Source of the DNA: Convolutriloba macropyga
Taxonomy: Eukaryota
Assembly (NCBI RefSeq): GCF_964194025.1
Contig: NC_134470.1
Span: 25,916,001-25,980,000, forward strand
Length of the DNA: 64,000 bases
Reading direction: 5' to 3'
Part shown: piece after piece, positions 53,701 through 62,959 of the stretch
Position numbering within the stretch: position 1 is the stretch's first letter
Layout of the letters: each line of letters starts with the position of its first letter
Position numbers and translations under genes: made by a program
Notes under the pieces: generated by a model
Database searches by the model: none
What the model was told of the DNA's origin: nothing
The model's input: the letters and a program-made list of their open reading frames with translations, nothing else

Positions 53701-56440
53701 AGAACTGAAGAAAATTTTGGGTTCATTTTACCCCTTAAGTTGATTTTTCGAGAAAAAATTATCATAAGAAACCTTTCGCTAGTGTGAAACCACTTTAGAA
53801 TAGTCCTCCTATCTTTTGGTATTTGAATCAGGATGTAAGCAATGATCTCCTCTGACCTCAAACAATTTTCAAATGGTCTTTTCGATCCGAAGAATTGATA
53901 AATCTCATTCGCGACAGTTGTCCAACACGAAATTTGAATTGAACTGTCATCCTAACCAACCAGTCAGGCTTTCAAAGACAATATTTTTTGTAAATAGCGT
54001 GTTTTGTAACCAGACGTTCATATACGATCAGTCAAATGCGAAAGATAACACTTAAAAACGAAAACTGAAAAAAATTTTGGGTTCATTTTACCCCTTAAGT
54101 TGATTTTTGGTGAGAAAAAATTATCAGAAAAAACCCTCCGCTAGTATGAAACCACGCTACGTTAGTCCTCCTATCTTTTGGTTTTTGAATCAGGATTAAA
54201 GCAATAATCTCCTCTGACCTCAAACAATTTTGAAATGGTCTTTTCGATTCGAAGAATTGATAAATCTCATTCGCGATAGTTGTCCAACACGAAATTTGAA
54301 TTGAACTGTCATCCTAACCAACCAGTGAGGCTCTCAAGGACAATACTTTTTGTAAATAGCATGTTATCTAAACATACGTGGAAATATGACCAGTCATATG
54401 CGATAGATAACAGGAAAAACGAGAACTGAAGAAAATTTTGGGTTCATTTTACCCCTTAAGTTGAGTTTTGGTGAGAAAAAATTATCAGAAAAAACCTTTC
54501 GCTAGTGTAAAACCAAGCTACAATAGTCCTCCCATCTTTTGTTATTTGAAACAGGATGTAAGCAATACTCTCCTTTGACTTCAAACAATTTTGAAATGGT
54601 CTTTTCGAGTCGAAGAATTGATAAATCTCATTCGCGACAGTTGTCCAACATAAAATTTGAATTGAACTGTCATCCTAACCAACCAGTGAGGCTCTCAAGG
54701 ACATTACTTTTTGTAAAAAGCATGTTATCTAAACATACGTCAAAATATGACCAGTCATATGCGATAGATAACAGGAAAAACGAGAACTGAAGAAAATTTT
54801 GGGTTCATTTTACCCCTTAAGTTGATTTTTCGAGAGAAAAAATTATTATAAAAAACCTTTCGCTAGTGTGAAACCACGCTAGAATAGTCCTCCTATCTTT
54901 TGGTATATGAATCAGGATGTAAGCAATAATCTCCTCTGACCTCAAACAATTTTGAAATGGTCTTTTCGATCCGAAGAATTGATAAATCTCATTCGCGACA
55001 GTTGTCCAACACGAAATTTGAATTGAACTGTCATCCTAACCAACCAGTCAGGCTCTCAAGGACAATACTTTTTGTAAATAGCATGTTATCTAAACATACG
55101 TCAAAATATGACCAGTCCTATGCGATAGATAACAGGAAAAACGAGAACTGAAGAAAATTTTGGGTTCATTTTACCCCTTAAGTTGAGTTTTGGTGAGAAA
55201 AAATTATCAGAAAAAACCTTTCGCTAGTGTAAAACCAAGCTACAATAGTCCTCCCATCTTTTGTTATTTGAAACAGGATGTAAGCAATACTCTCCTTTGA
55301 CTTCAAACAATTTTGAAATGGTCTTTTCGAGTCGAAGAATTGATAAATCTCATTCGCGACAGTTGTCCAACATAAAATTTGAATTGAACTGTCATCCTAA
55401 CCAACCAGTGAGGCTCTCAAGGACAATACTTTTTGTAAAAAGCATGTTATCTAAACATACGTCAAAATATGACCAGTCATATGCGATAGATAACAGGAAA
55501 AACGAGAACTGAAGAAAATTTTGGGTTCATTTTACCCCTTAAGTTGATTTTTCGAGAGAAAAAAGTATTATAAAAAACCTTTCGCTAGTGTGAAACCACG
55601 TTAGAATAGTCCTCCTATCTTTTGGTATATGAATCAGGATGTAAGCAATAATCTCCTCTGACCTCAAACAATTTTGAAATGGTCTTTTCGATCCGAAGAA
55701 TTGATAAATCTCATTCGCGACAGTTGTCCAACACGAAATTTGAATTGAACTGTCATCCTAACCAACCAGTCAGGCTCTCAAGGACAATACTTTTTGTAAA
55801 TAGCATGTTATCTAAACATACGTCAAAATATGACCAGTCCTATGCGATAGATAACAGGAAAAACGAGAACTGAAGAAAATTTTGGGTTCATTTTACCCCT
55901 TAAGTTGATTTTTCGAGAGAAAAAATTATTATAAAAAACCTTTCGCTAGTGTGAAACCACGCTAGAATAGTCCTCCTATCTTTTGGTATATGAATCAGGA
56001 TGTAAGCAATAATCTCCTCTGACCTCAAACAATTATGAAATGGTCTTTTCGATCCGAAGAATTGATAAATCTCATTCGCGACAGTTGTCCAACACGAAAT
56101 TTGAATTGAACTGTCATCCTAACCAATCAGTCAGGCTTTCAAAGACAAAACTTTTTGTAAATAGCGTGTTTTGTAACCAGACGTTAATATACGATCAGTC
56201 ATATGCGAAAGATATCACTTGAAAACGAAAACAGAAGAAAATTTTGGGTTCATTTTACCCCTTATGTTAAGTTTTGGAGAGAAAAAATTATCCAAAAAAC
56301 CTTTTCTCTAGTGTGAAACCACGCTACGTTAGTCTTCCTATCTTTTGGTGTTTGAATCAGGATGTAAGCAATAGCCTCTTATGACCTCAAACAATTTTGA
56401 AATTGTCTTTTCAATTCGAAATGATAAATCTCATTCGCAA
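47732..56440. repeat. Satellite array, ~361-bp monomer, ~24 copies, two main subtypes with irregular higher-order structure
   Basis: GTCTTTTCGA(T/G)(C/T)CGAAGAATTGATAAATCTCATTCGCGA recurs every ~360-363 bp from 47732 to ~56405. Repeated short ORFs at 49534/49896, 52429/52791 etc. show the period. Confidence 0.98.
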
Positions 56441-56555
56441 AAATTGAATTAAATTTGAAAGAAAACACAAAAGAAGTGAAACACTCGGAAAGAAGTTTTC
56501 AACAGTTATAGTAAATCATTTTCAATCATTTTGAACAGGGTTTCTCTGAAACAGA

Positions 56556-57736
56556 TTAATCGCGCTCAAAAGTTACGCAAAGTGTAGACAAAATTAAGCG
56601 TCCGTCTATTTCTCGAACAATGCAAGGCGATAAAAGTTTTTTCACATCAACTAAGGTGACATCACTATTCGCACACTGAATTAAATGATGATTTTCGTAG
56701 CAGCTACTGACCAATTCAAGCCCCTCGTCCAAATTCACTGCTACTCTGGAATGCTCGGTTGGTGACGAGTGATTTTCGAGTTTCTGTATAAGAAAACCTG
56801 TGAATGTTTTCGATGAGTCAAAATCAACAAGATGCACAGCTGCACTTTTTTCCGAAACATCAACAAATATGTCAGTCAACTGACCAAAACCTGTCGCGCC
56901 TTCTTTTTCATACTCAACAAAATGCACGCAGGTTTTGTTAACGTTCCAAGTACATTTACTGCCGTGACAAGCATACATCTTAGAATCTAGCTCAAACGTC
57001 TTGCTTGACATTAAAGTCTCCCGGCTTCCATTTACTTCAATTATACGCTCCGTAGGCTGAAGCAGCTTGAGTGAACCCACTGTTATCGTCTTCGAGTTTC
57101 CCTTTAACTTTTTCCTGAAAAATCGTCTTTGATGCCGTTTGACTGCTAGCTTTGTAGCAACAATGGCACTTGTGTTTGGACCAATAGCGCGTTTCAGATG
57201 AAAATGAGCGGACTCAAATGGAATTGACGACAATGAAGCCAAGGGTCCCGTCTTTTTTGCCTGGTCAGCTAGATGACCGAGAGAATGCATATTGTAACTT
57301 TGAGCCGCTTCTCCATAAAAATTAGGAACCAATTTCCGAAAAATTTTGATAAGAACCTCTGCCTTGTCATAACTCTGCTCTCTGACCGGTTCAATTAAAT
57401 AACGTATTGCAGTACTCAGTAGATAGAAGTGCACAAACATGGGCACTGAGAGAACACCAAAAAAAGACACAAAGCCGTATAAGAGAAACAACTTCAGTTC
57501 TGTTGCCTTCCAATATTTGAGTGTTACTAGAGATCGCAATTGTCTTTTGTTGTCAGTTCCTGGCACCTTACACTTTGAAAGGTTGGCTGACACTTGCGTT
57601 TTATTCCGGCCCAAAAATTTTCTCGATCCGTTGATTCTGCAGAGAAGGGTTTTGACAACACCAAGGAGCACTTGATGCATGTAGTCTATCAGCATTTCAT
57701 CGGGGAGAGTAACAACACTTTCAATTGCTGAGGGCC
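56556..57736 (-). CDS. SET-transposase fusion, exon 2: C-terminal half of CACTA/EnSpm-like DDE transposase
   Basis: IDYMHQVLLG, WKATELKLFLLY and YNMHSLGHL...GPL...SSIPFES motifs. Acceptor tttttgtttag|GG joins exon 1 in frame (LYGLRG-PSAIE). Stop at 56556. Confidence 0.9.
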
Positions 57737-57870
57737 CTAAACAAAAAGATATCCAAAACAATTGGAAAATTTTTTGAGTTTTTAAGGGACTCTAGGAAAA
57801 AAACAGTGACTAAACGTTCTTAAACTCGAGCTATGCAGTAATGGGAGAAAGAAAAGATCAGAAATATTAC

Positions 57871-59734
57871 CTCTTAAACCATATAATGATCTGCACTCTG
57901 ATCCCAGGCATTCCAAAATTAACTGCCGCTCTTTTGATGTCCTTTGAGACACATCAGGCTCATGGAACGGATAAATCCAGGTATCTTTAGCCAGAGCTCT
58001 ACGTCCAACAGCTAGGCAATTCGTGCACCCATAACGCCCATTAAACTGAGTTTGGTTCACTAGAGGTGCTTTCATTACCATATCAACAATTACGTATTTT
58101 AGCTTCACAGTGAACGTATAGGAACTCCCATTTATCTGGAGAACCTTTGGCGAACTGAAACCTGACAGGATTTTGACTGTATGTTTCATCAGATTTTCAC
58201 AATGCGGTTTTTTTTCTCCACCAAATAATGAAACTAAGAGTAAATTCCGGTAGCTAACACGTCGCCTTGCGGGTAAGTTGAGAAGCATGAGCCAGACTGG
58301 GTACAGAGAAAATTTAGCTGAGTTAAAAGGAGAAACCCCGTCAGTGCTTAGAGCAAAATATAAACAGAATTTATTCGACTTCGGTAAACACAAGTCAGTC
58401 TGGAGTTGATAACCTTCAGTGCTAACAAGATCAAAATTTTCACTGAGCAAGTGACTGAGTTGTCGCTCAAAATTAAGGTCATACAGGAGGCCTTCTGGTA
58501 GTTGAGTTTCACTAAGGCCAGATAGTGAACTGATTTCTTGTTGTCTTAGTGAATATAAGCTCGGCAAATTGTTAGCTGCAGGTAACGCTTTTCTAAACAA
58601 GGAAAGAACTGCGCCCAAACCACGCTCGGGGAGATTATGAATGTCAGCTAATTCTATTAACTCAGAGCAAAATGATCGGGTAGTCAAACTCGAACCCAAA
58701 CAGATCATCTCTTCAATTTCAGAGCTACTTGTCATGTTCGACCTTTCACGCCTTTCATCATCAGAGTGATCACCTTGAGACCCTATCGGCTCTAAAAGCT
58801 CTTCGTCGTTGTCCGATATAAAGTCAATTCTATTAGGCGTTGAGCATTCCTTTTCTCTTACATTGTCAAAAAAAAGATTAGCTTCGGATGAAATGCCTAG
58901 ACTTTCATTTTCTGATATATCGGGCGACGCAGTAATAGAGCTCGAAGACTCGGAAGATGTTTCGTATCTGACTCTGTACCGAGACTTCTTAATTCTTCGC
59001 GGCTGATAAGTTGGCCCAACATCTCGATGTCGCCTACGAAGTTTTTGAAGAGCTCGTTGCTCTGTGGTACTTGTCACGAGCCGTTCGCTAACAGTGCTTA
59101 GGCTTCTAACTTTTCCAGAGCGCGTCCAACTTTGAATTGGATGTTCTTTACCGTGCATTTCAGAGAAGGGACATTCGCAATGCACTCTATTTGGGCCAAA
59201 ATAATCACCACTGTATAGCACAGTTATTTCATCACCAGGAAAAAGACCGTTTCTTGAAATCACTCGAATGCTCACTTTCGTTCGCTTTGAATTCCCAACA
59301 TAAGTACAGTTTTCCCTGCAACTAGAATTGATGAAGGAAACGCCTCCTAGCATAATTTTCGATCCCGTATGATGACGAAAAACCGACACATCGTTAACAC
59401 CCTCAACAATTTCGCATTCTTTAATCGGAGCCAAGAAACCAACAAGACCAGGTATAACATCTCCTTTCACAAATCTTTTCTTAGCAAAGACGCCAAAGCT
59501 TGTGAAACCGTTGTCCATTTTAAAATTTGAAGAAAGAGCTCGATACTCAACGTTTAACAAAGACAGAACATATTCCTTCTCAATTTCGTTTTTCAGATGA
59601 CTGAATCCGGACTGGTTTTTAAGAGATAAGTCGCAGACAATTTTATGGGAAACTTTGCCGTCCGAATCAATGTACTTCGAAGTGAGTTCAGCATCTGCTA
59701 ACGCTAAGTCATGCCAAAATATATGACGATTCAT
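57871..59734 (-). CDS. SET-transposase fusion, exon 1: Suv4-20/Set9-like SET domain, low-complexity linker and N-terminal half of CACTA/EnSpm-like transposase
   Basis: ATG at 59734. SET at ~59150-59500: GVFAKK, LVGFLA, NDVSV, LGGVSFINSSCRENC, GDEITVLYSGDYFG...CEC. Transposase: STDGVSPF..S.YPVW...NLP...R...N...KP and IVDMVMKA...NGRYGCTNC. Donor G|gtaata at 57871/57870. Confidence 0.9.
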
Positions 59735-59774
59735 GTTTTGTACTAAAGTATGAAACAAAGGAGTCAATTGGGTG

Positions 59775-60055
59775 TGGAAAAACTTAGAAAACAGTATATT
59801 CAAACAATTTCAAACACCGACCAGGCTATCTAAATTTGGTGTCGATCCCCTAACGAGCGTGATTTGAACCAGTTTAAAGTTGTATCAACCGAAAAGAAAG
59901 ACAAAGGATGAATTGCTTTGGCTAAAGTTTTATTTCATTTCAATTGCCTTATCCCACATTGTGAAACAGTTGGAATGGGTTATAATGAGAACGGAAAAAG
60001 CGTGCAGCGAAAAATTAGCAGGCCACAGAGGTTGAATTTAAAAATAAAACATTTT
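59775..60055 (-). promoter_or_regulatory. ~290-bp paralogous upstream module, copy 1 (others at ~61150-61425 and ~62332-62605); putative promoter/5' leader
   Basis: Shared blocks GGCTATC(T/C)AA, AAAGTT..TCAA, TATCCCA and AATGAGAACGGAAAAA in all three copies, each just upstream of a minus-strand ATG. Function is inferred. Confidence 0.5.
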
Positions 60056-60181
60056 AAGCATCACTGAATCAAATTATAGCTTGTCAGAAAATTGATTAGT
60101 TCAACACATTATTAAGACAACAGCAATAAGTTCTAAGAAAAGAGGATAATCAAACTCAGTGATCATGACTCAGTGTTCCAG

Positions 60182-60715
60182 TTAACAATTTTTGCAGCAA
60201 AAAATTTCGGATTCTACAAAGCAATCATTGCAACTAAATTCTCCGCACTTCGGACATTCTACAAAGTCAGCATTTGTGGATTTGACATTTATGCGGCAGA
60301 CCGCACATCGTAGTGGCAAGAAAGAGCCAAAGCTTGAAGTCAAATTCCGTTTCTTGAAGCTTTGCCACCATTCAGTTCCTGCTTCCTGCCGTTCATGCCA
60401 AGTTGCAGGGAAGTTCACATCATAGTACTTCCCCTTTTGATAAACATATCCCAGTATTTGCTTTAGTTGTCTTTTTCTTTGTGAGCACCAACCTTTGATA
60501 TCAGTAGCCATGGCTGCCTCTTGGATTTTGTTGAACACGTTCCTCTGAGCAGGACTATTGGTCTTCAGCTTCCTTTTCAGGGTACTCAGTGGCACACCCG
60601 TAGACCGTGCAACACATCTTGCTCCATAATTCCCCTCTTGCACCAAAAACAACGCCATCTTCAAATCATACTCTGTGTAGCTATGAGCGGTTTTTCGTTC
60701 GTAGGATCTAGGCAT
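60182..60715 (-). CDS. HTH-psq + CENP-B-type HTH + C-terminal 8-Cys PHD-like finger protein (pogo/Tigger-like, no DDE domain), 177 aa
   Basis: MPRSYERKT..YTEYDLKMAL..V..G......VARSTGVPLSTLKRKL; AGTEWWQSFKKRN; C-x2-C-x13-C-x2-C-x4-C-x2-C-x8-C-x2-C at the C-terminus. Confidence 0.8.
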   Translation of the reverse strand: MPRSYERKTAHSYTEYDLKMALFLVQEGNYGARCVARSTGVPLSTLKRKLKTNSPAQRNVFNKIQEAAMATDIKGWCSQRKRQLKQILGYVYQKGKYYDVNFPATWHERQEAGTEWWQSFKKRNLTSSFGSFLPLRCAVCRINVKSTNADFVECPKCGEFSCNDCFVESEIFCCKNC

Positions 60716-60945
60716 TTTGCATCTTAAACAGTTACACAAACGGAGACAATAATTGTTTCAAAAATTGATGCGTTATCTATGTTATTTAGTAAGATGTTCC
60801 ACAAAGATGTGTCGTAAAAATCAAATTCTAAAAAACGGTTCGATTCATTTGCAGGTTCTTCGGGGGACAACAAAACGAAAAGTCCAGGTTGGCATTGTCT
60901 AATTCAGAAAAAATTGAGCTCAAAAAAGGAATACAAAGAAAATAC

Positions 60946-61112
60946 AACATATTCCTTCTCAATTTCTTTTTTCACATGACTGAATGCCGACTGGTTTTTA
61001 TGAGACAAGTCACAGAAAATTTTATGGAAACTTTGCCGTCCGAATAAATATACTTTGAAGTGAGCTCAGCATCTGCTAACGCTAAGTCATGCCAAAAAAT
61101 ATGACCATTCAT
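60946..61112 (-). pseudogene. Frameshifted, truncated duplicate of the 5' end of the SET-transposase gene
   Basis: Matches 59567-59734. Reads MNGHIFWHDLALADAELTSKYIYSDGKVS, then a 1-bp deletion (GTTTCCATA vs GTTTCCCATA) and an early stop. Confidence 0.85.
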
Positions 61113-61637
61113 GTTTCGCACTGAAGTATGAAACGAAAGGAGTCAACTAGGTGTGGGAAAATTTAGCATATTAAAACAATTAAACACAGCCCGGGCTATC
61201 TAAATTTGATCTCAATCACCTAACTGGCCCAATTTCAACGAGGTTAAAGTTTGATCAACCAAAAAGAAAGAAAGCAGAAACTGGTTTGGTTAAGCTTTTA
61301 CATCATTTCAAATGTTTTATCCCAACTTGCGGAGCAGTTGACATGAGTGATAATGAGAACGGAAAAAGATTGCGAAAAAACTGGAAGCCAACAGAAGGTG
61401 AATTTATGAATACCGAAAACTTTTTACCATCAATAAGAGTCATTTTAAAAGGCTAAAAAACTTGTATCAAAACAATATTAACACAACAGCATCAGTAAAA
61501 GTAAAATAAAATCAAGAACTTCTGGTTCAAAAAGTATTATCGCTGTATAGAATACTGTATGAGAGACGCTGTATAAACCAGGAAACGATCCATCGTAATT
61601 GCTCGAATTGTTTTCAAATCGAAGGCTTTCAAAACTC

Positions 61638-62153
61638 CTAGTTTAAGTCCAATTGTTCACCATTATTTCCGGAGTTGTTAACCGTAGCTGACAGTTTCTT
61701 CAAGTCTCTACCTTTTTGATTGATTGCCCTTCTGGCTTCCTCCCATTTATTGCCGAACCTGCTCTCAATATAGCTTTTGATAATGTCGACTTTTTCGCTG
61801 TCCAGCGGAGTACGGGTTGAAGTCTTCTGTGGGCTTATTATTCCCTCTCGCAGTTCGTCTTCCGTAAACAATTCACTTGCCAAACGGACTCCATATGCCC
61901 CAGGAGTTGCACCAGTTTTCAACTTCAAACCACTGTCACTCTTGCCAATTGACTGATCGTCTTTCGCTGGGGTTGAGATGTCGGCTCCTTCGTTTGACGT
62001 TATCGCTACTTTATGATACGAGGCTCTCTCGTTGCACCTACTTAGGGCTTCCTGCAAACGCCTGCTCTCTATTCTAGTCTTCTTAACTGAATTTTTGAGC
62101 TCTTCTGACGCGGATTCTAAATCGCTTAGAACTTTCTCAAGCTTGGTGTTCAT
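61638..62153 (-). CDS. Coiled-coil + BEN-domain protein (BEN-1), ~171 aa, possibly with an upstream exon
   Basis: N-terminal heptads, then YGVRLASELFTEDELREG...TPLDSEKVDIIKSYIESRF...WEEARRAINQKGRD, a typical BEN pattern (LF..EEL, LD...I, W.....IN.K.R). An acceptor-like ttatttctag lies 10 nt upstream of the ATG. Confidence 0.8.
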   Translation of the reverse strand: MNTKLEKVLSDLESASEELKNSVKKTRIESRRLQEALSRCNERASYHKVAITSNEGADISTPAKDDQSIGKSDSGLKLKTGATPGAYGVRLASELFTEDELREGIISPQKTSTRTPLDSEKVDIIKSYIESRFGNKWEEARRAINQKGRDLKKLSATVNNSGNNGEQLDLN

Positions 62154-62959
62154 TTCCAACTTCTAGAAATAAGGCAAAAATGAAAATTTCTTCAAAACTT
62201 AGTAAAATTGTGTTGTCCCTAAGGATTCATGCAATTATTAAAACCCAAACTTATGTGCTAATAATTTGCTTATGTGCATAATAATAACTTATGTGCTTAA
62301 TATTTGAAAACACTTCAAACTTTTTAGGATCTGGAAAAAACTTAGAAAACAGCTTTTTCAAACAATTTTGAACCAAGCCGGCTATCCAATTTAACAGCAG
62401 TTACCTATCTATCACGCTTTGAACGAGGATAAAGTTGATTCAAACAAAAAAGACTAAAAGAGGTTAATTTGGTTAAAAGTTTGTTTCATTTGAAGTGATC
62501 TATCCCAATTCTCGAAACAGTCGACATGGGTGAAAATGAGAACGGAAAAATCTTGCTGCAAAAGTATAGAAGCCCAGAGAAGGTAAATTAATGAATACCA
62601 AAAAAAATCAATGAGAATCACTTCACAAGGCTGTAAAACATCAAATGCATAAATACGCCTCTCAATCAACAGTAATTACATTGAAAGCACCACTATGAAA
62701 GGTAATCGTAGCAGCTAAGAGAATCACTTTTTTACTGTATTGTAGGCATAATATCAGTTTACATAAACTTATTGCGAAAACAAAACAAGAAGCATTGGAT
62801 GACTCTGACAGTCAGAACAAATCGACTTTGTCACAATTAAATGATTGGAATGAGATCTGGATTAATTTAACAGGCAGTTGTATCAACATGAAAGCATAGT
62901 TTGCAACAGCATGAAAACGATCACACGATGTATCTTACTTTCTCGCAGCCATAAAAGTA

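Noticed and set aside
47732-56440. About 20 repeated 60-83-aa ORFs as a tandem gene family, or the array as CRISPR
   Set aside because: The ORFs are by-products of the 361-bp repeat. Several monomers carry in-frame stops, and there are no unique spacers or cas genes.
57737-57870. Frameshift or pseudogenisation between ORFs 57782..59803 and 56556..57761
   Set aside because: A canonical GT-AG intron joins them in frame and restores the G.RG.S...DYMH region.
60182-60739. Autonomous pogo/Tigger transposase
   Set aside because: There is no room for a DDE domain between the HTH and the Cys finger, and no TIRs were seen.
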